Below, one piece after another: positions 36,790 to 50,377 of a DNA stretch of 64,000 bases (position 1 is its first letter; each line of letters starts with the position of its first letter). Under the pieces are notes generated by a model. It was not told the DNA's origin and searched no databases. It was given only the letters and a program-made list of their open reading frames with translations. The position numbers and the translations under genes are program-made. Source of the DNA: Camelus ferus (Eukaryota); contig NC_045705.1 in assembly GCF_009834535.1 (NCBI RefSeq), positions 25,916,001 to 25,980,000 on the forward strand. The letters are read 5' to 3'.

Positions 36790-39245
36790 TCTAGAGCAAA
36801 AGGCAAAATTATATAAAAAGATATACTCAGAGACATCCTACCTTCTTCTCTAACTCTGATAGCTCACAACGGCCTATCCCTTGTAGGTAACCAACTTCAC
36901 TACTTTCTGGCTTATTCTTTCTAAGTTCTTGTTTGTGAACATATACAAATACAAATAAACATTCTCATTTTTACATCAAGATAATACACGCACATATATA
37001 AATACGGCATACTATATAGGTATGCATGTATATATGCATTTTATATAAATATATTATATATGTGTGTGTATGTGAGAAGTATGACATCTTTTATATGTAA
37101 TCTTTTTAAATTTGATTTTCACTTAAGATTATCTTAGAAATCATTGTTTAGCACTTAATGAAGACTTATCTGTATTTTGGAAGGGAAGGGAGAGCTAGCT
37201 GAACAGGACTCCACTGAATGTGCATTTAACTTGTTTCAATATTTTGTTATTATACAAATTCCTGCAATGAGTCAACTCATGTATATGCTTTCTCCTTCTT
37301 TTGAGTTATACATTCAGGGCAAACTCCTGGAAGTATGACAGCCGGGTCAAAGACAACTACGTACAGAGTGTCAGTCACATTTTGCGAAACTCTTTCCAGG
37401 AGGGTTGTTATCATTCTACATTCTCCCTAGAATTATATGAGATGATTTATTTCCTCACAGCCATCCTAGCAGAGTGTGGTATCAAGCTTTCTAATTTTGC
37501 CACTTGGAGAGGTGAGAAAGAGACTTCAGTATATTTTAAATTTGCATTTATCTTATTATGAATGAAGTTGACTATATTTTCATCTAAGAGCCTTCTGTAC
37601 GTCTTTTATTGTGTCAAATGACTACTTATGTCATTTGCCAATTTTATGGTCTTTTGGTCCTGCTCATTATTTAAAAAAGGTGATTTCTAGTAAGAACTTT
37701 AGCCCTTTATCTGCAATATATTTTGTGAGTATTTTCTTGATGTTCATCATTGGTCCTTTAAATTTGATTTGTTAATATTTTTCATGCAAAATTTCTTTAC
37801 AATTTCAAATATTTTGAGTCAGTGCTCAAATATCTTTCACTACAAATTACTAATGAATTCAAATTTGTTTGCTTCTAGTACTTGTGTGACAAATTAAAAC
37901 AAAACTAATGCATCACATCTAACGCATTTAGTTTAATTTCTTATGTATAAGAAGGGATATAGATCCAAACTGACCTTTTTATTTAAAATTCCTCTTCAGT
38001 GGTTTAAGATGCCATTTTATATATATATATGTATATATATAAAATACAAAAAGCAAAACAAATCATATGTATTTGGGTCTATTTCTGGATTTTTTTTTCT
38101 ATTGTGTGTCTTCCTGGTCTATTCATGAATCCACCATCACTCTTTCTCATTTTTTTCTGAGGTATGTGTACCTATTTATTTTTCTATATGAGCTTTAGCA
38201 TCAATTCATCTGGTAGCAGTAAAATACTTGATCTTTTTATTGGTATCAGCTAATTTAACTAATTAACTTAGGGAAAACTTACATCTTTCTGATATTAAGA
38301 AATCCTATCCAAGAATAATGGATGTCTGTCCATTTGTTTAAATCTATTTGTTTTGGAGTGTTTTGTTACATAGTAATAGCTAACTGATACAGAAGGCTAT
38401 TGGCTTTGTATATTAATGACATATCTTATTATCTGATTTAATTATTATACTGTTTGAATTACTTTTAACATTGATTCTCTAGGATTTTCTAGGTATACTA
38501 TTATATCATCAGCAAATAATCTTACTCTTCTTTCAATTCCATGCTTTTATGTGTTATCTTAATTCCAGAAACTAATATCTCCTACACAGTGTCACACAGT
38601 TGTGGACGTAGTAGGCATCTCTGACCAATTCCTGAGCTTAGTGGGAATGCCTCTATAATTTCCCCAGTAAAGCAGTTGATGGCTTCAGGATTAAGGCATT
38701 CATCTTTCATTGGGTTAAGAAAGTGCACATATATTATTTTATTATTGAGTGTGCTTGTGGGAGATAGGTGTTAAGTTATTTGTAGAATTTCTCAATATTT
38801 ATGGAAATATTCATGTGATTTGTTTCCTCAAATCCCTTAATCTGGTGAAGTATATTAATAGATGTTCTAATATTGAATCCCTTGCATTCCTGAGATAAAT
38901 CTTAGTGAGTCATTTTGTTTAATTATCTTAGTATAGTATTGAATTTTGTTGCTACTATTTTATTTAGGATTTCCACATAAATATTTGTAAGTGAGGTTAA
39001 TTTGTAGGCTTTTTCCTATCTTTATAATGCTTTAGTATCAATGTTGTAGTTGCCAAATAAAAAGAAATTTAGAAAGTTATGCCATTTTTAATATTCTGTA
39101 AAAACGTATTTAGCCGCGGCATGGCATGGTATTTGAAGGTTCTGTAAAACTTCAGCCTGTGAAACCATCTGGGCTTGTTGCTTCATGTGTGGTAGTTCTT
39201 TGATAACATTTTAATTTTTTTTTTAATGAAAAGTGGTCTCTTTCA
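36790..39245 (-). mobile_element. Old L1 (L1M) antisense, degraded ORF2 3' half and 3' UTR
   Basis: Antisense L1 hallmarks: tttaaatttgcatttatcttattatgaatgaagttga, gtatttgggtctatttctgga, gtgaaaccatctgggc. Confidence 0.88.
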
Positions 39246-40271
39246 GCAAAATATTTTCTCAAAGACATTGAAATACGTTACAAATTTCACAAACTGCCTA
39301 AATCTGTCCTTCTCAAAATGAAAGTCTAATGACATCTGTATATACAGAAGCCACAAATAGTGATGTAAATGCACTGATGACAATGAAACATGACCTTGTC
39401 ACTTGAAACAAACCACACTCTTGAATGTGTTTCACTGTGAATATGAACTGTACAGTAAACTACACTTAACATGTAAGGGGACCCACAGGATGGAGTGTAA
39501 TTCCAAAGGCTAACAGTGAAATATCAGGACCATGCAGCCCGCATGTTGGCAAAAGCAAATTGACACTCAAGCTTTTCATCCTTTTTAAGAAGTGTGAACA
39601 TTTAAATGTGATATTTCTAAACATCCACAGAGGGCATACAAGAATGTTTTGATACACTGCAAGTAAAATTGTGCAATTACTTGATACGGCATTTTTCAAA
39701 AGGTTTTGTGAGAGTTGGAGCACACCTCTACCAGTTTTTTTCCAACCTGGAAATTACTGTCTGATGGGCACTCTAAGGATATCCTCTGAGTGAATCATAA
39801 ATATGAACAGAGAAGAAGAAGGGAGAGGCAGACTCGCTGTCAGAAGACAGAGATGAGATGCTTGGAGGGGAGAGTGGGAGGGCAGGGTAATTCTGACATC
39901 CCCAAGGATCTGTGGGGAGAACCCTGCTGCACTGCAAGATCCAATCAACCTGCTTGTTTCAAATAATTGATTTTTCTTTTATGGAGAGAAGGAAGAGGGA
40001 TTGAATTCAGTTGCTTGTGTTATAGTGTTAACTTTTAAATACACACGATTGGCAGTATAATTTGATATAACACTCTTACTGGAATAGGGGCAGTGACCTG
40101 GCAAATGGGATGATTTTATTGCCTTTTCAGCAGCTAACATATAAGAAAAGGTAATCTCTTTCTCTCTTTTAAAGTTCATATTATATGGCATATAATCATA
40201 CATGCATATATTCTATTTATACTCTATATTCTCCATATGTATACGTGTGTGTGTTTATATAGATGGATAAA

Positions 40272-40300
40272 TGTGTGTGTGTGTGTGTGTGTGTGTGTGT
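40272..40300. repeat. (TG)14 microsatellite
   Basis: Read directly. Confidence 0.98.
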
Positions 40301-42454
40301 TCTGTCCGCATATATTATTCACTCACTGGGAAGAAAGGACAAAGAGTAAAAACAATTATTATTTGCTTTCAGGGGATTTACAAGCTGTTAGGGGTAACAG
40401 TCATGTGAATATCATAATGATATGAGGCAGAATAAAATATAGGCTAAATAGTGTTACAAACATTGCATTAAGGCAATACTAGTGAAAGGAGTGATTCATT
40501 TTGACATGTGGAGTGAGCAGAGGAGCAAACAAAAACAGCTCCACTAAAACAGTTGTCCCTGAGCGGGACCTGGAATGACAGGGTTCTAATATATAACGGT
40601 GATGAGGTGGTGGTGGTGGTTTGCATGTGTGTGTACGTGTTGTTCGGGGGGCTGTTTTCCAGGCTGACAAACACAGAGGTATACAAATGCATCGGCAGCT
40701 TGTATACTATCAACTGAACTATCTTTTCAGAATCAAGTAAAATCTTCCATCAGACAATCCAAGGTCTTTGGCTGAAACCACATTCACTGATACAGAGGGA
40801 GGTGTTAGAGAACTCTCTTCATCTTTCTGCTCAGATAAGTAGCACCTGTGGTGTAAGTTACTTTTCCCTCCCGCTGGACATGGAGGAGTGGCTCACCTTC
40901 AGATGGCGTCTCTGCTAACCACGCTGCAGTGAGGCAAGTTATTAAGAGCATGTCCCCAGCATTTTTTGCTTTAAGAAGCTCATCAAAAGCAAGGGACAAA
41001 ATGGGGCACTCACTATTCAAGAGGGTGTCGGAATCATTCAGAACCCAAAACAGGCTACTGGAGTTCACAAGTTCTTTAAAATGCACAGCTACTATCTTCC
41101 TTTTAGCTTAAGAAGGGGTTGCGTATCTTTGCAATTAAAGATAATTGCGGAGTGTAAAAACTGCATTGTGATCACAGAAACACAGAACGAAGCTCGGTGA
41201 CAGCAAGGCAAAGACTTCATCAACTGAACACCTTGGAAGAGTGTAGCCTTAGATACAAGTCCTCCTCTCTACAGCTTCTTCTTTTTGCACTGAGTCCCAC
41301 TCTTTCTTTGTTCCCAACAGAAATACATTTTTCAATGTCTTGACTGATTGGAAACTGAGCTGTGGGTTTTCCTTAAAAATTTTTTGTAAGTTCATAAATA
41401 TCAGCGTTGCTTCATAAATTATCTAGAAGTTGAATTTGTTCTAAAATCAGGATTCACCGCATTATTGTTTTGTGGTTTCTTTGGAAACCCTGTCAAAAAT
41501 ATCTTGCTACATCTCATCCTGTTAAATAATTTCAATATCTTTCACTTAAACTTACTTGAGTAGATATAAGAAGCTAGGATAAGGATGCTATGAAATATGA
41601 AGCACAGCTATTGCTTTTACCTGATCAGGCACATAACTTCAATTTAGGGGCACTGCATTAGAAAAAGCAAGGCACCCTTGGTTTGTTTGTTTTTTGCATA
41701 CTGACTAGGGACCATGGCTTTATAAACATCACACTGGATATTTCTATCTGAGACTTTATACAAAGATTTATAGCACTGCCCTACTTGGATAGACGAATGA
41801 GAATGAAGGTAGAAGAAATTGTGAAGAAGCCAGCTTAATTTCTCTTTAAATTGACAAGAGGCCAATTCCTACAACAGGCTGATCTGAGCTTCTCGAAACA
41901 AAAGGTGCCTAAGGTTGGGATGCCACAAGCCACAAGCATGTTCTCTTTCTTGAATGAAATGTGACTATTCAATAAAACAACAATTTGACAGACTGCTTCA
42001 GTGACTTGTCATCATCCTTTACTCACAAGGCCTGATCAGTTTTACTTATCAAAGAAGCATCCAACAGTGTCTGTCAAACTGAGCACATGAAGTCAACAAA
42101 GCAACAGGGCTCAAAAACTGGTGAATGAATAACCCTAAATAAAAATCTCCAAAGAAGGTATATCTGGAAAAAAAATGTTAATTGGTAAATAAACAAAAAT
42201 CTGGGCCATCTTCTAAAAAATTATCAATTCCCCTAAGAGGAATTAGGTCATCTTAGTGTCCTATCCAACTTGTTGGTCAGTGGTAACCCTTCAAACTATT
42301 AAAATGAGTTTATGGAAATGCATATAAATTAGGCACTGGATGCAAGCTTAATTTGTTCATTTTCTACATAATATGCAAACTTGTGTAAACCTAGATTTTA
42401 AAAATAAGATTTACAGGCTGTAAACTCTGCGATCTCACAGTTTACATGTTAATG

Positions 42455-42580
42455 TGGTGATTCAATTCAACAAACATTTATTGAACTCCTAGTAAAGTAC
42501 AGTGCTGGGCATTATGGGAGCAGTACCATGCCATTTAGGGAACGTACAACTAGGAGGTGAGAAAGGCAGAATAAAGTGTA
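42455..42580 (-). mobile_element. L2 3' fragment
   Basis: attcaacaaacatttattgaactcct...gtgctgggcatt. Confidence 0.7.
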
Positions 42581-43299
42581 ATTTTGCCTCTGACATTACA
42601 CCCGTACTAGCAATTAATGCAAATGAGGTAACATATGGACCAACTAACACTTTGTAAGGTGTCTTTTACTTTATATTATATAGTAGACATTAATGTAGAC
42701 ATTCTTATAACATCACCATTGAACCTTTGGAGTTGGAAATAGCATCTTGCTTTCTTTCCTCCTTTAAATGAGAAACTTTTGTCAACTCTGGATAAGCTAT
42801 GCATTACCCATTTTTGAATCAATTCTTGTTTATATGAAATTCTATTTGTTTTATATTTTAGGTTGTGGTTTTAACCATTGAGTTGATGAATTATAGCTTG
42901 CTTTCACTGAATTTACCTAGGTATAGGCGTCATCAGACAATATTTGGAAATTCACTTTCACATAATGATCATATAAGGCTACACTGAAAAGGATGAAAAA
43001 TAGTGAAAAGATGGCTATTAAAACAACAAAAAGCAGACAAACAAAACACGGCAATCAAGCAGTTAACACAATGAGAATTTTCGAATGACTTAGCCCATAC
43101 GTTTAGGTGGTGTATCCACAGAAACTTCCAACATAGCCCAATGCTTTTTTTCTATTAATGAAATGTATATACCAGCCCCATGTATCCGGTTTCAGTAAGT
43201 TACTAACTTTTCTTTGCCAACTGTATTATGCACGTATAACTGAGTGAGAGGAAACCTGAGGGTTCACAGCTTTTGACCTTCTTCTGTCTTTGTGAAGCA

Positions 43300-43510
43300 T
43301 TCTTTACAGGCTTTCTATACAGGGCAGTTTCTTTAATTCTCAGAACCATCCTGCATAGCATATTTAATTACTATACTTTTGTTGAAAGGAGACAACTGAA
43401 ACTCAAAAAGGTCAATGACTTGCCAAATTCACAAAGGTATTGAGAAGTCACACTTGAACCATGTTTTTAGGATCTCAGAAAACAACCTCTTTGCACTCTG
43501 CCCACCTGCC
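43300..43510 (-). mobile_element. MIR SINE
   Basis: aactgaaactcaaaaaggtcaatgacttgccaaattcaca. Confidence 0.75.
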
Positions 43511-45553
43511 TTGATTAAGATCAGGCAATTTAACACCCGACTCTTATTTTAAGTCACAGTGGGGAATTCTCTTCATTTCTTATTTCCTTCCTTTTATAAT
43601 TGTACTTCAATATTCAGGAATAAGATCATCCTTGAGTCACCCAATATTAAGAATCAAAATGAGACCTTTTTTTAAAAAAAAGTGTTGCACAATCTGGTAG
43701 GAATACTGATGTGACTTTGTGGAGGCTAAGATTCTCACACATAGGTTCAGGACCTATCTATCATTGATCAATGGGAATTTACTGTGTTCCTTCTGTATAA
43801 TCTAGGCTGCTCTGGGTGCTACAGGAGATCGAAAATAGCATTATTTAATTCATAAGGTATATATTGAGCATCTATTTCATTCTATGCAATACCCAAGAGA
43901 AACAGGAGAGGCTTAGGAAGCAAGAAGAATTTGACGAGAAGAATATAGAGATGAAAAAGACCTAGAGTATTATTAAGAAAACTTTAATCTTATGGAAATA
44001 CAATTCACACATACGAAGCAATTTAAGAAAAATGTAGTCAATCCCATTTGATATGAGGTCTAAAAATCATGGGAATCCTAGGGCTTAATAAGATATGTTC
44101 ATTAAAATTCGGAAAGAATTTTTTTTTTAAATGACAGCTATTTAAGACATTTAATCAACCTTAATTTGAAGGTAAAACACTGATTGATATTCATATTCAT
44201 GAATTTATAAGTGTAATTTTTAAGAGCATCATGAAATCTGTGGATTAAGTCCATTAGATGAATTTAGGTAATCGCAGTAGACAAAACCAATTAAGCCATT
44301 TCTTAGAGGAAAACTAAATACAATATAGTATTTCCAGTATTTTCCAACTTTATCTTATGGTTTATTTCATAAGAGTTACAACAGTAAAAATTTATACCTT
44401 CTAATCACTGGCCTACCAACCCACCATGGTACATGCTTTGAGATGTTTTCCCAGAGTGGTAACAAATTTACTCCAATAACATTTGTCCAGCTTGTTCACA
44501 CAAACTAGAACATTTGCATCCAGCCTGGCTGGGGTATTAAGGTGGGGAAAGGAGCAGCAGGAAGGCAAAACTATGGTCATGAAACAAAATAACACAACTG
44601 TATCAAAAAAAAGTACAAAGCCGATGGACACATTAAGCTGGCATTCTCTTTCTTTCTGCTAAATAACTACATTGACACTCTAGTAGCACATAGTCCTTAT
44701 TTTAATCTGTATTTAAATAAAGATGAGTTTTCTTTGCAGAATCATCATCAGCACCAACTTTTTTTTTTTTTTTTGAGCTATCACAGCTTCTCTCCATTAA
44801 GTATTAAACATTAAAAAGAAACTTAGAATTAATGAACTATCTTGGGTATATTCAAAGGTGTAAACTGTGTGGGTGGCAAATCTGAGAATGTTGGTATAGT
44901 AAGACTAGTAATGCATAGTCTATCTCCCCTTCTAGAACGTAAATTGTGATTGATGACATCCAAATCCACTGCTTTAAATTTTTCATGTCTTAGCTCCTTT
45001 TAACCTCTGCCCCTCCGCTCTACTGATGTTTGTCATCATTAAATATATATTTACATAAACTTTTACTATAGCTACATAAAAATACTCTTTCCTTGCGCTA
45101 GACAAAAATAAAGAATTGATGAATGTCACCGCTCAGACAAGAAACCCAGTTGACCTTGACATATGTATGTTTTTTCTCGTTCAATAGGAGGTAAAATTTT
45201 CATATTTAAATTCTAAAATTTTGGAGTCACAGCTCTAATCCTGTCATCAGGTGGTGGTGTTTTTCCTTATCGCCATAATGTGGCTAGGGAAAAAAAAAAA
45301 ACAAAAACAAAAACAAAAATAAAAACAAAAACAGAAACTTGTAGCTGTACCTTAGACAGATTATTCCTGCAAGACTTCTTGGGTGGCTCTCTATAAGGAG
45401 AAGGTTAAGAAAAAATTCTGCATGGCCTCTCAACCTGTGAATGTTCAGCTTTTAAAAAGTGGCTGGATCTGTAGTTTGTGCATATACCTAGTACTGAGAG
45501 CTGTTGCAAGGCATTATTTTTCTCCTAAGATAAATGATATAAATAACTTCTAA

Positions 45554-45760
45554 AAAATTGTTTAAACTGCTTTCTATTCTTTTTTTTTTTTTTTTTTGCT
45601 TTTTTCAATTTTATTACTTTTTGTTGCTGTCTGAGGTTTTTTGGAGGATGAGAGGTAATTAGGTTTATTTATTTATTTTTGATGGAGGTGCTGGGGATTG
45701 GACCCAGGACCTCATGCATGCTAAGCACACACTCTGTCACTGAGCTACACCCTCCCCCTT
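45554..45760 (-). mobile_element. tRNA-Ala-derived camelid SINE (Vic-1-like)
   Basis: Antisense head at 45684-45758, aggtaattaggtttattt, and a T19 tail. Flanking repeat taaataacttctaa (45540-45553) / taaatgacttctaa (45761-45774). Confidence 0.93.
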
Positions 45761-46109
45761 TAAATGACTTCTAATATATGATTTCCATTTATAAAAAAAC
45801 TACGGGTAATCATGAATTATCTGCTTATAGTATTATAGCAATGGACTTCACAGGGTAATATTATCATTGTGGCTTTAGCATCATTCAGATCCAATGAGAA
45901 CCATCACATTCTATAATTCAAGGGGCCACCATTGATATAATTTATATAAAATAAGTAATACTTTTTGGCATAGTGAAATGGGGTAGGCTTGAGTAACCGT
46001 GTGCAAAGCCCTTGCCTCACAGTTACACCCAAAGTAGATGCTCAATATTTGCATTATTAAATACCATTGCAATAACAAAATCAGTGTGAGCTTGACATCC
46101 TTTGCACAT

Positions 46110-46230
46110 CAAAACTCTTGTTTATTGAGCAGAGCAACAATGCCTTATGTCTGTTCTGGATTCCACATGCCTGGGACAATGCCTGGCTCATAGAAATAAC
46201 TCAATATCAGTATGCTGAATATATGAAGAT
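46110..46230 (+). mobile_element. L2 3' fragment
   Basis: cctgggacaatgcctggctcatagaaataactcaata. Confidence 0.65.
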
Positions 46231-47344
46231 AACATTAATCTTGTATGATTGGTAGATCAGAAGCCCTTTCAAAAGTTTTATCCTTCAGTAAGAATTCCCA
46301 GTGAGCTTCTGCATAAGGACAAGTGTGATCTGGGACGCAGCTCTTTCGTCCCCTAATGTAAAATAAGCTTTTGTAAATTTTTATTATGAGGATGTATGTG
46401 TTAATGGTATATACACAGCCTTCTCAAACTCAAATTAATGCTAGTGTGTGTGTGGGTGGGCGGGTGTTCTGAATTTAAAAAGAGAGTGGATGTTTGCCAA
46501 ATAAATATATAATGCTGGCATTAAGGCATAGACAAATTTGAAGAATTGTAGGCAAACATTCAAAAGAGAAAAAGAAATCTATTTGTAAAGTTAACAATTT
46601 ATCTACTTTCTATTTGGGGGGGAATTTATACCAACAGTGTTTTCTAGAACTGTCTACAAGGTGCATTATGTTCCCTTTAAGCAAGTGTCTCTGAAGATGA
46701 CATTCTTCCCTGGAGTTCCATTTTTGCATGAATCTTGAACTTACATCTTTGCTTCCACTAACTTTTTAAATATGAAGAAGAGATTGGCTTTTACAGATTT
46801 GTCACTAACATTGTCAGAAAGCCTTTGAGCATGAAGAGGAAACTGAGTTTGGAGAAATGCAGTGGCTGCCCGCGATGTTACACAGTAGCAGTTACACAGT
46901 AGTACCACATCCTGCTCTGCCTCCTGACATAGCCCTACCCTCAGTGATGAGTTAGACCCAAGATAAGGCACTATTTGTCTTTAATGGGTACAGTCCTCCT
47001 GAATTCCTGAATTTCTTTTTTTAGACCAATGTACATATAATACATCAACAATGTCCAAATGGCATCAAAGTCAACTGGGAAATTCTCTTTCACCAATTTT
47101 TGTCTCTGCATCTACCACAATCGATGTCCAAAAAACAAACAAACAAACAAAAAGAACTGTCACCAGTTTCACCTGGTTTAGGATATATTCCTGAGTCACA
47201 ATATTCTAACTCCTTCATGGAAGTTTAGCATTCTTCAAGCTACTCGTAAATCACTGGCCCTACAGAGAGGGACTAGCGTGTCCCCGTGTTCACTCTATCC
47301 AAGTCGTACTGGTCAGTTTCAGTCACAGAAACTCAGTCAGAAGG

Positions 47345-47540
47345 GGCCTAAAAACTAAAGTTCATGGATTCCAGCTCCAACAGGGATTTTACAGCTTTAC
47401 CATGCTTTAGCATTTAAACTTGTGCAGGTAAATCTTAGCTAAGTCTCAGTTTCTTCCTCTATGAAATTAAGACAATAATAGTCCTCAATTCATAGGGTTA
47501 TTGAAAGGATTAATAACTCATAAGGTTATGTAAAGCGGCT
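47345..47540 (+). mobile_element. MIR SINE
   Basis: gtctcagtttcttcctctatgaaattaagacaataatagtc...catagggttattgaaaggattaa. Confidence 0.8.
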
Positions 47541-47544
47541 GGCC

Positions 47545-47830
47545 CCTTCCTACACTTCACATTCAGTTTAAATGTCAGCTCCTCTGAAAATTCTTCCCTA
47601 ATTACCTTATTTAAACTGGTCTTTCTGTTATTCTTTTTAACCCATCATCCTGCTTACCTTCTTTATAACATAATCTGTGATAAATGATTTTGTTCATTTG
47701 CTCATTAGTTTGCCCTCTGCCTCCCCCATCAATCCATAAGTTTTGTGAAGTCTAGGCCTGCCTGTATCCTCAAAACCAAATGCAATGCTGGGAGAATGCT
47801 TCACATAAAACAAATATTAACAAATGAACA
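47545..47830 (+). mobile_element. L2 3' end
   Basis: tcagtttaaatgtcagctcctctgaaaattcttccct...aaatattaacaaatgaa. Confidence 0.75.
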
Positions 47831-48826
47831 GTGTGCAGTAATAAGCTGATATATGTTTATAATCATTACAACATAGAAATATGCACATTTCATGTAGATG
47901 TTATCCTTTTCAATAATGGTATTTAGTTTATTTCAAACAACTTCACATTTAATTTTCACATGTTTGAAAGACACAAGAAGCTAGACAGAAATATTATCAG
48001 ACTAAGACTTGGAAAATTTGATTTGGAAAACAATGACCACTTTACTAAAAACTGTGTATAAGCCATCTCTTTAGTGCTTAAAGCCTATCCAAAACACCCC
48101 TGCAAAGGGCTCATGCACTACTGCTGGCTGACCTCTAGTGACAGGACCATTACAGTTTTATGACGCAGTCTCCTGCACTTTTAGACTGCTCAGATTACTA
48201 GAAAATCTTCCTTGTGTTGAACGGAAATCAGTATCCTGGAAGCAAGCATTCACTTTGGACCACTTCAATCCCAAAGAATGCAAAGAACATTGCTAATTAT
48301 CATTCCTATATCGCCCCCTTATTAAAATAAAGACATCTTTCAAATACTCCTAGATTTTTCTCTTCTCCAGGTTAATTAAATCCACTGCAGCCAAGTTTAA
48401 CCACATGTCCATATTTGTGTTCATATTTGTAGGACGCGTTCGGCAGATAGGTCACACGTTCAGAATCATAACATAGTGAAAATGTTAAAGGAGAACATTT
48501 TACTTTTTATAATTATTTCTGGGCCCACAAAGTACTTTCACATTCCTAAACTAATGAGATAGCATCTTGGTTGCATGCCCCTCAATGCATTGCTTATGGG
48601 GCTTCAGGTAGGAACAGTTCTGAGCTAAGCATAATAAATGTTATATATTTTTGTCTTGAGAAAGGTATACCTTTGTTTCCCCCATGCTGATACAATGAAC
48701 TGCGTTTAGGTTTTTCCAAATCCATTAATGGCTAGCTTCCAGTTTACTTCTCACAGGAAACTCTGATGATTCCATTCATTCATTTATCTCAGAGAAGCCC
48801 ACACGTGGATATGACACTTAGACCTC

Positions 48827-49010
48827 GGTGGTAGGCAGAAAAATGCAACCTCCCAAATGTCCATGTCCTAATTTGTTACATTATATGGAAAAGGGTTTCA
48901 TTTATTATTTATTTATTAATTTTGCAGATATGATTTAAGTTAAAAACCTTGAAATGAGGATATTATCTTGGATTATCCAGACGGGTCCAATCTAATCAAA
49001 TGAATCCTTA
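48827..49010 (+). mobile_element. MLT1D-like MaLR LTR, 5' part
   Basis: ggtaggcagaa...ttttgcagatatgatttaagttaaaaaccttgaaatg...gattatccagacgggtccaatctaatc...atcctta. Confidence 0.88.
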
Positions 49011-49084
49011 TGCTCATCAACACTATTGGCCTAGAGCTTTCTTTTTTTGGTAGTTTCTTTGTCTGGCTTAGGTATCAGGGTGAT
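49011..49084 (-). mobile_element. Inverted L1 ORF2 fragment (start of RT domain)
   Basis: The reverse complement reads ITLIPKPDKETTKK/ESSRPIVLMS with one frameshift, matching L1 ITLIPKP..TTKKENFRPISLMN. Confidence 0.85.
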
Positions 49085-49437
49085 ATGATATCACTTATAT
49101 GTGGAATCCAAAAAAAAAAAAAAGGCCAAATGAACTTATTTACAAAACAGAAACAGACTCACAGACACAGAAAACAAACCTATGGTTACCAGGCGGGGAA
49201 AAGGGTGGAAAAGGATAAATGGGGAGTTCAAGATTTTCAGGTACTATTATACATAATATAAATAAACAAGTTTATACTGTATAGTACAGGAAACTATATT
49301 CAGCATCTTGTAGTAACCTATAACGAAAAATAATATGAAAACAAATACAAGTACGTATATGTAAGACAGAACTATTATGCTGTGCACCAGAAATTGACAC
49401 AACATTATAAACTACTATACTTCAATTTAAAAAAAAA
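49083..49437 (+). mobile_element. Younger cetartiodactyl/camelid L1 3' end
   Basis: atatgatatcacttatatgtggaatc...acagaaacagactcacagac...ctatacttcaatttaaaaaaaaa; paralogous to 5040-5586. Confidence 0.93.
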
Positions 49438-49992
49438 GAACCACGTTATAGGAATCACATAGCTGCTCTCCAAACTTCTACAGCTATATTAATCAAATGG
49501 TTGATTGAGATATTGACATAAAGGTAGAAAAATAAATCAATGGAGCAGAATAGAGAATCTACATATAGTCCCATAGATATACAGTTAATTGGCTTTTGAC
49601 AAAAATGTTAAGGCTATTCAATAGAGAAGAGAAAAGCCTTTCAAAAAAGTACGCTGGAAAAAACACAGTACTACATGTATGATAACAAACTCAGTATTCA
49701 TATCTCATACCATACATAAAAATCAAAGACTTATTCATAAAGGCTAAAATCCTAAACCACTGGAAGAAAATCAAAAAAAGCATCTATCTAAACTTACAGG
49801 ATGATAATATTTCCCAGACAGGAAAAAAAAAAAAACCGTAATAGAAACAAGAAAACTTAAAAACTAGATTTTATCAAGAAAAATCATGTATCCTTAATCA
49901 CTTCAGTACATAAAATAGCAGTGCATCATAACAGTAAAATTCTCAACATGAGAAGACATATAACAACAACAACAAAAAGATAAAACAAATAA
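49433..49992 (+). mobile_element. Old L1 ORF2 internal fragment, no 3' UTR
   Basis: aagaaccacgttataggaatcacat...aatcaatggagcagaatagagaat...ttttgacaaaaatgttaaggctattcaa; ends at ...caaataattaaaa. Confidence 0.8.
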
Positions 49993-50377
49993 TTAAAAGT
50001 GGAAGAGAAAGGCAGAAGAATGTGCTGGAGAGATTCAGAGTGTGGGAAGGACTTGACCTGCCGTCGGTGGCTTTAAAGGTGGGGAAGACCACCAGCCAGG
50101 AAACATGAATAGCCTCAGGGAGCTGAGAATGACCCTGAGCTGACAGCCAGCAAGGAAACAGGGATCCCAGCCCTCCAACTGCAGGGAACTCAATTTTAAT
50201 TAGCAAAGAAACAGATCCTCCCCTAGAGCCTCCAGAAAGGGATGCAGTCTTCCTGACACCTGGATTGGAGACCTGTGGTCAGACTTCCAGCATATAGAAT
50301 TACAAGACGTTAACTTGATTGTTTTAAGCCACTAACTTTGTTTTCATTTGCTACATCAGCAATGAAAAACGAATACA
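49993..50377 (+). mobile_element. MLT1D-like MaLR LTR, 3' part
   Basis: ttaaaagtggaagag...gctgacagccagcaaggaaacaggga...cctagagcctccagaaagg...ttttaagccactaa...gaataca. Confidence 0.92.
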
